Below, one piece after another: positions 17,509-26,969 of a DNA stretch of 64,000 nt. The position numbers and the translations under genes were made by a program. The stretch spans positions 24,597-88,596 of the forward strand of contig WQWM01000005.1 of NCBI GenBank assembly GCA_009785335.1, read 5' to 3'. The number at the start of each line of letters is the position of its first letter. Positions within the stretch are counted from its first letter, which is position 1. This DNA comes from Oscillospiraceae bacterium. GTDB taxonomy: Bacteria; Bacillota; Clostridia; Oscillospirales; Acutalibacteraceae. Below the pieces are notes generated by a model. It was not told the origin of the DNA, did not search any database, and saw nothing but the letters and a program-made list of their open reading frames with translations.

Positions 17509-19200
17509 ATGTATCAAGTATTATACCGCAAATGGCGGTCGCCAACGTTTGGCGATGTGGTTGGACAAGACCACGTGACCACTACGCTGCGCCGCGCACT
17601 GCAAGCGCAGCGGCTTGCGCATGCATATCTATTCACCGGGCCGCGGGGCACAGGCAAAACCTCGTGTGCGCGAATTTTAGCAAAAGCAGTGAACTGCACT
17701 AACCCGCAAGAAGGGGAACCCTGCAACACCTGCGAGCTTTGCATGGGCATTGACAACAACAGTATTCTTGATGTGATTGAAATTGACGCCGCCAGCAACA
17801 ACGGCGTGGATAACATCCGCGACCTGCGCGACGAAACGAACTTTACGCCCACACACGGCAAATATCGCGTGTATATCATCGACGAGGTGCACATGCTTTC
17901 GGCCGGGGCGTTCAACGCGCTGCTGAAAACCCTAGAAGAACCGCCGTCGTATGTGATATTTATTCTGGCGACCACCGAGGTGCACAAGCTGCCGGCCACG
18001 GTGCTGTCGCGCTGCCAACGCTTTGATTTTCACCGCATTTCTGCCGAAGACATTGCTAAACGCCTGCTGCGCGTTACCGAACAAGAGGGTCTTGCGCTGG
18101 AAGAAGGCGCGGCGATGCTGCTTGCCCGCGTGGCAGATGGTGCCATGCGTGATGCTTACTCGCTGCTGGACCGTTGCCGCACGGAAGGCGAGAATATCAC
18201 CACGGCGAGCGTGGCCCGCGCCATCGGCATGGCAGACCGACGATATTTATTCGAACTGTGCGATGCGCTGCTGACTTGTGATATCGGTGCGTGCTTGCAG
18301 TTGATTCATCAGCTATACCACGATGCATGTGAGATGGAGCGACTTTGTGAAGAACTGCTGGTGCACATGCGGAATCTGCTGGTGCTGCGCAGCGTGAAAA
18401 CCCCGCGTGAGTTTTTGCTGTGTACAGATGAAGATCTTGCGTTGTATCAGGCGCAGGCCAAGCTGTGCACCGTGCCGCAGCTGCTGAAGTATATGGAAGT
18501 TCTTGAGCAGACGCAACAAAATCTGCGCCGCAGCACCGACCGCCGCATGGAAATGGAGCTGGGATTGATTCGGTTGTGTACGATGGGGCAGACCCCCACC
18601 GTCGCACCTACGGTGCGCCAGCTCCCCCAAGGGGGAGCCCTTGGCAAAGATGCAACTCCCGCAAAACCACAGCCTAGCTCCGAGCAAGTTCCTGCGTCAT
18701 ACGAAACCCCAGCTGCCGCAAAAGAGGAAACCCCGGGCGGATTTGCATCCGCCCCTACAGAAAGTGCGCAGCCGAAGCCGCCAGAACAACCCTCGCTCCG
18801 CGAACCTTCCTCAGTCCGCCCCGAGGGCGGCCAGCTCCTTCCCGAGGAAGGAGCCAAGGCTTTAGCGGCAAGCGACAGCACACCTTCCCCTGACCACGCA
18901 ACAGGTGATCGATTATTCGCCGAGTGGGGCATGGTGCTGGCAAAGCTGGGTGAGACGAATCCTGGGTTGGCGGGGATTTTGCAAGGCTCGAGTGCGGTGA
19001 CGCGCGGTGAACATATACTGATTAAAAGCACCAACCCTGCGTTTGAGGCTTTCATTCGCCAACCGAACCAAGCAGGCAGCCTGAAACAGGCTATTTATGA
19101 CGTGAGTGACCGCAAGGTGAAGCTGGGTATCTTCAAGGGTGATGCTGCGCCGCCGAAAGACCCCCTTGCGGAATTGGCTGCGCGGGCGGAGAAGTTGTAG
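17509..19200 (+). CDS. dnaX: DNA polymerase III subunit gamma/tau
   Basis: Start at MYQVLYRKWRSPTFGDVVGQ; Walker A GPRGTGKTS, Walker B IIDEVHML, SRCQRF; 5' part of track ORF 17323.. is repeat-encoded; own promoter. Confidence 0.9.
   Translation: MYQVLYRKWRSPTFGDVVGQDHVTTTLRRALQAQRLAHAYLFTGPRGTGKTSCARILAKAVNCTNPQEGEPCNTCELCMGIDNNSILDVIEIDAASNNGVDNIRDLRDETNFTPTHGKYRVYIIDEVHMLSAGAFNALLKTLEEPPSYVIFILATTEVHKLPATVLSRCQRFDFHRISAEDIAKRLLRVTEQEGLALEEGAAMLLARVADGAMRDAYSLLDRCRTEGENITTASVARAIGMADRRYLFELCDALLTCDIGACLQLIHQLYHDACEMERLCEELLVHMRNLLVLRSVKTPREFLLCTDEDLALYQAQAKLCTVPQLLKYMEVLEQTQQNLRRSTDRRMEMELGLIRLCTMGQTPTVAPTVRQLPQGGALGKDATPAKPQPSSEQVPASYETPAAAKEETPGGFASAPTESAQPKPPEQPSLREPSSVRPEGGQLLPEEGAKALAASDSTPSPDHATGDRLFAEWGMVLAKLGETNPGLAGILQGSSAVTRGEHILIKSTNPAFEAFIRQPNQAGSLKQAIYDVSDRKVKLGIFKGDAAPPKDPLAELAARAEKL
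18618..18879. repeat. three repeat modules inside dnaX coding sequence (Fam-F 18618-18647, REP 18732-18759, Fam-B 18793-18879)
   Basis: Verified codon by codon against the track translation (..LPQGGALGK.., ..PGGFASAPT.., ..SLREPSSVRPEGGQLLPEEGAKALAASDS..). Confidence 0.85.
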
Positions 19201-19230
19201 GTTTTGATGATGATGATGCGGATGAATTTT

Positions 19231-19316
19231 GTGCTCCGGCACCCCTCCCTCAATCCGCGCGACGCGGCCAGCTCCCTCTACAAGAGGGAGCCAAGGATTA
19301 AGGATATAACGACAGC
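19231..19316. repeat. Fam-B variant
   Basis: Similar to 38912-38990. Confidence 0.7.
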
Positions 19317-19334
19317 ATAGTTTAAGGTGATACC

Positions 19335-19826
19335 ATGAATTTAAGCCCTGCGAATTGCACGAATTGTCAGGCTCCGCTGGAGGTTGCAAACCCAGCGGCG
19401 TTGTGCACGTTTTGTCGCACACCCTATGTGGATAACTCCACAACTGCATCTATCCCTGCACAAAAAGAAGATTTTTTGCTTGTGGATGGCGTGTTGCTAC
19501 GTTATCAGGGCGATGATGCGGTGGTGGTGATTCCCGGTGAGGCAACCACGATTGGCCCGGCAGCCTTTGCAGGCAATGAACGACTGCGGCATGTGATTCT
19601 CCCCGAAAGCGTGATGGAAATTGAAGCCGATGCCTTTGCGGATTGCCCCAAGCTGTGCCATGTGACGATGGATGAAAATGGCTGGAATTACTTTTTTGCG
19701 CATTTTCCGCACAGCGAAGAGGGTGCCAAGCGGCTTGTATGGCAGGCAGATGGCAGATGCACGCACTGTGGTGGAAAGATTGCGCGTATACGTAGGAAAT
19801 GTAAGCAATGTTATATATCATGTTAG
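19335..19826 (+). CDS. BspA-type leucine-rich-repeat protein with terminal zinc ribbons (163 aa)
   Basis: CTNCQ..CTFC and CTHCGG..CKQC ribbons; IPGEATTIGPAAFAGNERLRHVILPESVMEIEADAFADCPKL repeats. Confidence 0.6.
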   Translation: MNLSPANCTNCQAPLEVANPAALCTFCRTPYVDNSTTASIPAQKEDFLLVDGVLLRYQGDDAVVVIPGEATTIGPAAFAGNERLRHVILPESVMEIEADAFADCPKLCHVTMDENGWNYFFAHFPHSEEGAKRLVWQADGRCTHCGGKIARIRRKCKQCYISC

Positions 19827-19850
19827 CGAATGTGTAAACAAAAAGCTCGC

Positions 19851-19936
19851 AATCGCTCGCGAGCCTTCCTCAGACCGCACGGCGCGGCCAGCTCCTTCCG
19901 GAGGAAAGAGCTGAGGTTTAAAAGGATCAACCGACA
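19851..19936. repeat. Fam-B module
   Basis: TCGCTCGCGAGCCTTCCTCAG..CCAGCTCCTTCCGGAGGAAAGAGC. Confidence 0.75.
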
Positions 19937-19978
19937 GTTAAATCTTTCACATAATTCTTTATCAAGGAGTAATCAACC

Positions 19979-20344
19979 ATGAAAGCACGTTTACCCAAAG
20001 AATACGCAGGCGGCGGCCAAGCGGCCATGATGAAACAACTGCAAAAAATGCAAGACGACATGGCTGCTGCACAACAACAGGTAGAGGAGTCTACCTTTAG
20101 CGCAAGCGTGGGCGGCGGCACTGTGACCGCCGAATGCAGCGGCAAACAACAGCTGATGAGCATTAAAATTGACCCCGAAGTGATTGATCCCGAAGAAGCT
20201 GAGATGCTGGAGGATCTGGTGCTTGCAGCGGTGAATGAAGCACTGAGCAAAGCTGCTGCTGCCATGGATGGTGCGATGTCACAGGCGCAGGGCGGCATGG
20301 CGGGCATGCTTGGTGGCATGGGGCTGCCGGGAATGGGCTTATAA
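19979..20344 (+). CDS. ybaB: YbaB/EbfC family nucleoid-associated protein
   Basis: 121 aa; MMKQLQKMQ..GGGTVTAECSGKQQLMSIKIDPEVIDPEE pattern; canonical dnaX-ybaB-recR context. Confidence 0.9.
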   Translation: MKARLPKEYAGGGQAAMMKQLQKMQDDMAAAQQQVEESTFSASVGGGTVTAECSGKQQLMSIKIDPEVIDPEEAEMLEDLVLAAVNEALSKAAAAMDGAMSQAQGGMAGMLGGMGLPGMGL

Positions 20345-20348
20345 TAAA

Positions 20349-20720
20349 ATGAGGGACACCTTTCAGTTTCAATTTCAATCCATGCTCCTACTGCTCTTCA
20401 GCATTGGTATGCTAGGCTGGGGCATTGTGCTTGCTTTGCGTTATCATCGGCTTAAACGCGGTGGCAGACGCGCAACTGCAGCAATCAAAAGCATAGACCC
20501 GCGCTATCGCAGTACGGCTATCACCATCACGTGGAAAGATGACCAAGGACAACAGCGTGAGCAAGAAATCACGATAGCATCATCATATCATGTGGGCGAG
20601 GGTGTTGACATTTACTATGATGATGTGCGTGCCATGCTAACGGAAAGCAAGATGTTCTACGGGATTATCGCTTTCAGTACGTTTTTTGTTGCACTGGCTT
20701 TGATGTTGCTGGTGTTTTAG
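20349..20720 (+). CDS. small two-TM membrane protein (DUF3592-like), 123 aa
   Basis: ATG 4 nt after ybaB stop inside track ORF 20268..20720; TM - beta-rich middle - TM layout. Confidence 0.5.
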   Translation: MRDTFQFQFQSMLLLLFSIGMLGWGIVLALRYHRLKRGGRRATAAIKSIDPRYRSTAITITWKDDQGQQREQEITIASSYHVGEGVDIYYDDVRAMLTESKMFYGIIAFSTFFVALALMLLVF

Positions 20721-20744
20721 GGAAGAGCTTAAAAAGGACGCTGT

Positions 20745-21190
20745 TCCCTGCATGCACCCCAACTCGTTGCGACGAGAGCCCCCTCTTTTAGAGGGGGCGG
20801 AGGCTTAGACGGCAAGGGGATGCGAATCGCTCCGCGAGCCTTCCTCAGTCACGCGCGACGCGTGCCAGCTCCTTCCAGAGGAAGGAGCTAAGGCTTAGAC
20901 GGTTAACAACAGCGAAACGTTCGGCGAGATGTAGGGGCGGCTTGCAAGCCGCCCGAGCAAAAATATTGGCTTAAGATGTTATCACGGGCGGATGTAAATC
21001 CGCCCCTACATGCTGACACAGGCAACAGTGAAATCATCGCTCCGCGAGCCTTCCTCAGTCACACCCGAGGTGTGCCAGCTCCTTCTAAAAGAAGGAGCCA
21101 AGGATTAGACGGTGAACAACAGCGAAATCATAAGAAACAAGCCCCATTCCCCTCCGTGGAGGGGTGCGCCCGCAGGCGCGGGGTGGTTTT
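20745..21190. repeat. repeat mosaic (Fam-E, two Fam-B, REP doublet 20930-21010)
   Basis: Module identity. Confidence 0.8.
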
Positions 21191-21210
21191 CAACACAACA
21201 TAGGAGAACC

Positions 21211-21810
21211 ATGGAACAACAGATCGCACCTTTGGCCAAGCTGGCCGAACAATTTGGCAAGCTGCCCGGCATTGGCCGCAAAACCGCACAGCGGCTGGCT
21301 TATCATACCCTGAACATGCCGCAGGCGCAGGCCGAGGAGTTCGCTGACGCGATTTTGCACGCACGAGATGTGGTGCGCCGCTGTGCGCTGTGCTGCGATC
21401 TCACTGACCACGACCTGTGCGCTGTGTGCCGCGCCGCCAACCGAGATAGCAGCATCATTTGTGTGGTGGAAGACCCGCGCGATGTGATGGCCATTGAGCG
21501 CACACGGGAATACAAAGGCATGTATCACGTGCTGCACGGGGTAATCTCGCCGCTGCATGGTGTGGGACCTGAAGCGTTGTGTGTGAAAGAATTGCTTGCG
21601 CGCTTTGAGTCAGGCTTGGTGAAAGAAGTGATTATGGCGCAAAATCCCACGGTGGAAGGTGAAGCAACGGCGATGTATTTGTCGCGATTGCTTAAGCCGT
21701 TGGGTGTGCAGGTGAGCCGCCTTGCCTATGGCGTGCCGGTTGGTGCAGACTTGGAATATGCCGATGAGGTGACCCTTGCCCGGGCCCTAGAAGGCCGCCG
21801 AGAGCTGTGA
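21211..21810 (+). CDS. recR: recombination protein RecR
   Basis: Start [11 protein letters not shown] after TAGGAGAA SD; Hh[13 protein letters not shown]4 finger [16 protein letters not shown], Toprim [14 protein letters not shown]. Confidence 0.95.
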   Translation: MEQQIAPLAKLAEQFGKLPGIGRKTAQRLAYHTLNMPQAQAEEFADAILHARDVVRRCALCCDLTDHDLCAVCRAANRDSSIICVVEDPRDVMAIERTREYKGMYHVLHGVISPLHGVGPEALCVKELLARFESGLVKEVIMAQNPTVEGEATAMYLSRLLKPLGVQVSRLAYGVPVGADLEYADEVTLARALEGRREL

Positions 21811-22068
21811 GTGGATTACGATGCAACTTTTTTGAAAAAAAGTTGCGCAAAAAGCTTCATACCGCTATGCGGAAGTTATTTGGGTTATTCACAGAAAAGA
21901 TAATCACTTTACAGGGTGTTATGCACAGGGGTCGATTGGGTGTGTGGGCATAACTTGATATTCTGCACATGGGTGAGTTTTGTGCGAGCGCTTGATAACC
22001 CTAAGGTTGCGGGGTTTTGCACCGAGTTAACAGCATATACTAAGACTACGATAAATAGATAGAATGGA

Positions 22069-22299
22069 ATGAAGGAAATGAGCTACAAGGAACAGTTAGT
22101 ACAGCTAGCACACGACGTGCCAGATAATCTTGCGATGGCTATTTTCACGATGCTAAAAAATAACCTTATGATTTTGGAAGAAGTTCAAGACCAAGCGTTT
22201 TGTCTAGCATTAGATGAAACTTATGAAAAAAGCCTAGATAAAGGGGATCCTATTTCGCTAGAAGAATATGCAGCACAATTGGGGGTTGTGCTGGAATGA
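22069..22299 (+). CDS. putative antitoxin (76 aa)
   Basis: Small acidic ORF whose TGA overlaps the ATG of the RelE/ParE-like gene (ATGA); AT-rich by eye. Confidence 0.55.
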   Translation: MKEMSYKEQLVQLAHDVPDNLAMAIFTMLKNNLMILEEVQDQAFCLALDETYEKSLDKGDPISLEEYAAQLGVVLE

Positions 22300-22532
22300 A
22301 CGTAAAAATAGATAAAGATGCCAGAAAATTTATTGATAAACAACCACCGAAAAATCAGATACGCATGCTGCAAGCAATTTTTGCACTACCAAAGGGAGAT
22401 ATTTGTCCCTTGGCAGGGAAAGATGGTATATATCGCTTGCGAGTTGGTGGTTATCGTATCACATTTTGTTATGACGATGAAAGTACAATACTTATCCGCA
22501 CAGCGGGCAACCGCGGCGATGTATATAAATAA
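22296..22532 (+). CDS. type II toxin, RelE/ParE superfamily (78 aa)
   Basis: YRLRVGGYRITFCYDDESTILIRTAGNRGDVYK matches the usual RelE/ParE C-terminal pattern. Confidence 0.75.
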   Translation: MNVKIDKDARKFIDKQPPKNQIRMLQAIFALPKGDICPLAGKDGIYRLRVGGYRITFCYDDESTILIRTAGNRGDVYK

Positions 22533-22556
22533 TCAAATTTATTTGGGGGTATTCAC

Positions 22557-23672
22557 ATGAAATTCACTTGCTCGGTAGCAGCACTTTCGGAAGCATGCCA
22601 ATGCGTGCAACGCGCCATTTCAGGCAAAACCACCATTCCCGCGCTGGAAGGGATTTATATCCGTGCAGCAAAGGGTGAGTTGGAACTGACCGGCTATGAC
22701 CTGGAAGTGGGCATGCAAACACGAATTCAAGCCAATGTGGCCGAAGAAGGTTCCATTGTGTTAAATGCCAAGGTGCTTTGTGAAATTTTGCGCAAACTGC
22801 CCACCGAAACACTGCAACTGGAATGCGACAGCCGCTATCTGGCCAGCATTACGGCAGGCGAAAGCCGTTATCGCATCAATGGCATGAGCACGGAGGAATA
22901 TCCTGAATTACCGTCGATCACCGGCGGGGTGCCGCTGCCGCTGCCGCTGGGCACGCTGCGCGACATGATTAAGCAAACGATTTTTGCCGTGGCCATCAAC
23001 CAAGATGCAAAGCCCATTCACACGGGTGTGAAGTTTGAGTTGGTGCCGGGTGAGCTGCGCTTGGTTGCCATTGATGGATTCCGGCTGGCGATTCGCAAAG
23101 AAGCGATTGACTACCAAGGGGATGAGCTGAACTTTGTGGTGCCGCCCAAGGCATTGCATGAGCTGATGAAAATCAATGGTGATGATGCAGAAGAGGTGTC
23201 GGTTGCGGTTGGGCGCCGCCACATTGTGTTTGATGTGGGCAGCATTCACATGGTGTCGCGCTTGCTGGACGGTGAATTTATGCAATATCAAGCGGCGATT
23301 CCCACTGCGGCGAAAACCGAAACCACAACAGACGTGCGTGAGCTCATTGGTGTGGTGGATCGTATCTCGCTGATTATTGCGGAGAAAATTCGCAGCCCGA
23401 TTCGCTGTGAAATTCAGCCTGCGCAGGGGCGGCTGGAGTTCAGCTGCGCCACCGGTGTGGGCACTGCGCGCGACAGCGTGGCGGCCAGTATTACTGGTGA
23501 AGCGTTTGAAGTGGGCTTTAACAACCGCTTTTTGCTTGATGCGCTGAAGGCTTGCGATACCGACCAAGTGCGTGTGAACTTCAACGGCCCGGTGCAACCG
23601 GTGGTGATGCTGCCGACGGAGGGTGAGGCGTTTCTCTACATGGTGCTGCCGGTGCGGTTGAAGAGTGAGTAG
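22557..23672 (+). CDS. dnaN: DNA polymerase III beta sliding clamp
   Basis: 371 aa; colinear by eye with DnaN (SGKTTIPALEGIYI.., GYDLEVG.., RLLDGEFMQY.., LPVRL end); G+C like housekeeping genes. Confidence 0.9.
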   Translation: MKFTCSVAALSEACQCVQRAISGKTTIPALEGIYIRAAKGELELTGYDLEVGMQTRIQANVAEEGSIVLNAKVLCEILRKLPTETLQLECDSRYLASITAGESRYRINGMSTEEYPELPSITGGVPLPLPLGTLRDMIKQTIFAVAINQDAKPIHTGVKFELVPGELRLVAIDGFRLAIRKEAIDYQGDELNFVVPPKALHELMKINGDDAEEVSVAVGRRHIVFDVGSIHMVSRLLDGEFMQYQAAIPTAAKTETTTDVRELIGVVDRISLIIAEKIRSPIRCEIQPAQGRLEFSCATGVGTARDSVAASITGEAFEVGFNNRFLLDALKACDTDQVRVNFNGPVQPVVMLPTEGEAFLYMVLPVRLKSE

Positions 23673-23692
23673 GGCTGGAAAGGATGTGCGTC

Positions 23693-24721
23693 ATGAGCTT
23701 TACGTTCATTGACTTATTTGCAGGTATTGGTGGTTTCCATCAGGCGGCTGTTGTGCTTGGTGGAAATTGTGTGTTTGCCTGTGAAATTGACACGGAAGCA
23801 AGAAGAGCATATGTGGAAAACTACGGATTAGAGCCACATGGTGACGTTATGAAAATTAACGCAAATGAAATTCCGTACCATGATATTTTGTTTGCGGGCT
23901 TTCCTTGCCAGCCATTTAGTATCATTGGTAATCGTTTGGGTTTTGACGATATTCGTGGGACACTGTTTTTTGAAATCACAAGAATTTTGAAAGCTAAAAA
24001 GCCAAAGATGTTCTTGCTTGAAAATGTAAAGCAATTGAGTCGGCATGACAACGGAAAAACATTGCAGACTATAATAGCTGCCTTAGAGGAAATTGGGTAT
24101 AGCGTTCAATGGAAAATCCTTAATGCGCTTGATTATGGGTTGCCACAAAAGAGAGAAAGAACATTGATAGTTGGTTTTCTAGACCATTCTGTTGAATTCT
24201 CGTTTCCTCAACCAATTGGTACTGGTTGTTTAAACGATATATTAGAAAATGATGATGATGTTCACGAGAAATATTTCGCAAGTCAACGCATTGTTGAAAA
24301 GCGACAGCAAATGCATCAAAGCGATCATGATATGAGCATATGGCATGAAAACAAAAGTGGAAATATCACTAGCTATCCTTACTCATGCGCATTGCGTGCT
24401 GGTGCTTCATACAACTACTTGCTTGTGAATGGAAAGCGGCGCTTGACTCCGCGAGAAATGCTTAGACTGCAAGGATTTCCTGATACATTCAAGATAGTGT
24501 GCAATGATGGACAGACAAGAAAACAAGCAGGAAACGCAGTGCCGGTGAATGTGGTTAAAGCCATGTTAAAGGAGATGTTGCATGCACAGACCGAAGCTTC
24601 GAGACAACAAAGGGAAAGCACCGTTCGAGTTGTATCCACTCGGACAAATTCCAAACGCTGCCATAATAGAGATCAGCAAATGGATGACATATCATTTCGC
24701 CATAGGAAAGTCAGATATTAA
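23693..24721 (+). CDS. DNA (cytosine-5)-methyltransferase
   Basis: Motifs I FIDLFAGIGGF, IV GFPCQPFS, VI ENV, VIII QKRERTLIVGF, IX RLTPREMLRLQGFP, X GNAVPVNV; architecture like M.HhaI-class enzymes; specificity not deducible. Confidence 0.9.
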   Translation: MSFTFIDLFAGIGGFHQAAVVLGGNCVFACEIDTEARRAYVENYGLEPHGDVMKINANEIPYHDILFAGFPCQPFSIIGNRLGFDDIRGTLFFEITRILKAKKPKMFLLENVKQLSRHDNGKTLQTIIAALEEIGYSVQWKILNALDYGLPQKRERTLIVGFLDHSVEFSFPQPIGTGCLNDILENDDDVHEKYFASQRIVEKRQQMHQSDHDMSIWHENKSGNITSYPYSCALRAGASYNYLLVNGKRRLTPREMLRLQGFPDTFKIVCNDGQTRKQAGNAVPVNVVKAMLKEMLHAQTEASRQQRESTVRVVSTRTNSKRCHNRDQQMDDISFRHRKVRY

Positions 24722-25319
24722 TGGCGAAGATTGGGGTGATATTTTTTCAAAGGCAATTGATGGTCAACATCTTGGGAAACCCGTTGGCTTAGCTGATGTT
24801 GTGCACGAGGGGATGGCGTGGTCTGTAAAGTCTGTGAAAATGACTAAGCCGCATGAGAGAAAGAAAGCAAGAGTTATTTCTGGACGATGCTCACCAGACT
24901 ATTCTTATGGTATTTCAAATCCGCACGAAGACATTCAGCAAACAGGAACTGCTGTGCTTTCTATTTACAACGAACGGATTAATATAGCCAAAGACTTGTA
25001 TGAGCCGCTACGTACCGTTATTTTGGTGCGTGACTTCAATGCGCTTGAATTTTCTCTTTTTGAGCATGATACTGTTCGTTTTGTCACATCGGAATATGTG
25101 TGGAAAGCGAATAAGAATAGCAACTTAGAAGGTTATCACGTTGAAACCGGCCGTCATTGTTTTACATGGCAGCCGCATGGCTCTCAATTCACCGTACTAT
25201 ATGACATCCCGGCATATGCATGCAAATTCAAAATCAAGCGTCCAGCTGTGTTTGATGCCGATGAAACTTTGCGACAAATTGGTTTTGACGAGAGCTGGGT
25301 TGTGGTTATGAGTACATAA
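24582..25319 (+). CDS. putative type II restriction endonuclease (245 aa), cognate of the m5C methyltransferase
   Basis: AAAGGAG SD 6 nt before ATG; overlaps MTase 3' end; possible PD..(S/E)xK-like LADVV..AWSVKSVK; AT-rich; call by position plus motif (inference). Confidence 0.55.
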   Translation: MHRPKLRDNKGKAPFELYPLGQIPNAAIIEISKWMTYHFAIGKSDINGEDWGDIFSKAIDGQHLGKPVGLADVVHEGMAWSVKSVKMTKPHERKKARVISGRCSPDYSYGISNPHEDIQQTGTAVLSIYNERINIAKDLYEPLRTVILVRDFNALEFSLFEHDTVRFVTSEYVWKANKNSNLEGYHVETGRHCFTWQPHGSQFTVLYDIPAYACKFKIKRPAVFDADETLRQIGFDESWVVVMST

Positions 25320-25323
25320 GACA

Positions 25324-25355
25324 AGGCGGCTACATATCGTAGCCGCTTGTTTTAT
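25324..25355. terminator. hairpin between convergent REase and TraX genes (bidirectional terminator candidate)
   Basis: GCGGCTAC-ATATC-GTAGCCGC stem-loop followed by TTGTTTTAT. Confidence 0.6.
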
Positions 25356-25360
25356 ATTTG

Positions 25361-26188
25361 CTAGAACCCAAACACGCTAAAGCTGGTGAAGCCAGTGATG
25401 AGCGCGACAATGGCAATCAAAGCCAGGTGCGCAGGATAGAAGCCGTAGAATAGCCATTTTGAACGCTTGCCGCGTTCGCCATTGAAGTTTTTGATGAGCA
25501 GCGCAGCAATGCCACAAAACACTGGGAAGAACAGCGATGAGATGATTACATTTGTGTTGCCCAGCATGCCATAAAGCATGTCGCGCTGTGCTTGAGCGAA
25601 CTCGGCGGACATCATGGGGCCGTCGGCATAGAGGTAAGGCGTGACAGCAAGAATACCCCACACGGAAAAAGCAGCAATGACTAACCACAGCCCGCCAGCC
25701 ACAATACCGGGCACCAGCCGCCGTGCAGTTTCGTTTTTGATCACATGATACAACAGCACCACAATGGGGGCAAAGAATAGCCAATCGAAAAACAGTGCCA
25801 TGGGAATGGATACGATCACGAAGATGAGGACAAAGACTACTTTGAGGGCTGCTTTGTGTTTGAGTTTGTCATAGATGAACAGCAACAACAAGCTGACGAT
25901 GATGGCGAACATGATGTTGAAGCGGAATAGTCCCAACGATAGCATATAGAAGGGGATGGCGATGGTGCCGAAGATGGCCAGCCGAAGGATGTATCGCTTG
26001 AGATTGGACGTGTGCTTGTAGCCCTCGACGACAAAGTAGCCCAGAATGGGGAACGCCAGCCCACCGGCGGCATACATGGGGATGAGCAACCACAGGGGCA
26101 AGATATCTTGCCATGGATAAAGCGCATGGTGCAAGAACATGCCAATCATGGCGATCCATTTGAGTTGGTGTGCGTTGAATTTGAACAT
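25361..26188 (-). CDS. TraX family membrane protein (acyltransferase-like), copy 1
   Basis: 275 aa polytopic; MFKFNAHQLKWIAMIGMFLHH...VVEGYKHTSNLKRYILRL typical TraX N-terminus. Confidence 0.8.
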   Translation of the reverse strand: MFKFNAHQLKWIAMIGMFLHHALYPWQDILPLWLLIPMYAAGGLAFPILGYFVVEGYKHTSNLKRYILRLAIFGTIAIPFYMLSLGLFRFNIMFAIIVSLLLLFIYDKLKHKAALKVVFVLIFVIVSIPMALFFDWLFFAPIVVLLYHVIKNETARRLVPGIVAGGLWLVIAAFSVWGILAVTPYLYADGPMMSAEFAQAQRDMLYGMLGNTNVIISSLFFPVFCGIAALLIKNFNGERGKRSKWLFYGFYPAHLALIAIVALITGFTSFSVFGF

Positions 26189-26955
26189 AGATTATTTTTC
26201 CTTTCAGTTTGATAGTACCAAATCTCCACCGTTACACAGAACACAACGGTTGGAATCATGACAGTCAGCATCGGAGAAATCCGACCTTCGCCTTGCCAGA
26301 GCCCTGGAAAATTAGAGGCGACATGCATAATGAAAACAGGCACAAGAGAATGATATTTTTTAAAGAGCATCACAAACGCACGGTGCATGAAAAACCAGTT
26401 GACCAGCAACAACATAAAGGTGATATCCCACAGGGGTATGCCGCCTACTAATCGCGATGGAATGTGCGCTAAGGCAAACAACACTGCCCCCAGATTGATG
26501 GCCCAAGCATCGTTTTTGACTAAGCCATATAATCTGGTTTGAATGAAACCGACAAAGCTGATATATTCTCGCACAGCCCAAAGCATCACATTGGCTAACG
26601 CAAATAGGAAAGAACCTAAGGCGTTTAATATCCAGCCGCCTGTGATGCCTGGCACAACCCTGCTAAACAAAAAAATGGGTGCAAATAACAACCCAAGGCC
26701 AATTGCCGAAAGAAGCTTTTGCTTGTGCAGACCGATGGAAGCGAGGCTTTGTTTTCTGAACTTAACGATCGCAACCACAATTAAAATATCAATCACGCAG
26801 GTGATAGCAATGATAAGGTGCCAATCCTCTAAAATCTGCCCAGACCCGCCAGAGAAATGTGAATAGCTTAAACTCACCGCAAAATCGCGTAAGATGAAGT
26901 ATGCAAAATAGGCCAGTGCGATGATGGCATCTTTTTTGCTGTGCATAGCGGTCAT
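26146..26955 (-). CDS. CPBP family intramembrane metalloprotease (CAAX protease/Abi-type)
   Basis: Start at MTAMHSKK (GAAAGG SD); motif 1 variant VREYISFVGF, motif 2 VLFALAH, motif 3 HVASN; polytopic. Confidence 0.7.
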   Translation of the reverse strand: MTAMHSKKDAIIALAYFAYFILRDFAVSLSYSHFSGGSGQILEDWHLIIAITCVIDILIVVAIVKFRKQSLASIGLHKQKLLSAIGLGLLFAPIFLFSRVVPGITGGWILNALGSFLFALANVMLWAVREYISFVGFIQTRLYGLVKNDAWAINLGAVLFALAHIPSRLVGGIPLWDITFMLLLVNWFFMHRAFVMLFKKYHSLVPVFIMHVASNFPGLWQGEGRISPMLTVMIPTVVFCVTVEIWYYQTERKNNLCSNSTHTNSNGSP

Positions 26956-26969
26956 AAGCGTCAACCTTT

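Noticed and set aside
21885-21969. DnaA-box-like 9-mers (TTATTCACA ~21885, TTATGCACA ~21919, TTCTGCACA ~21961) between recR and the TA-dnaN block, as a possible oriC remnant
   Set aside because: There are only two one-mismatch boxes and one two-mismatch box, no obvious AT-rich unwinding element, and no dnaA. This is too weak to call without a genome-wide GC-skew and box-density analysis.
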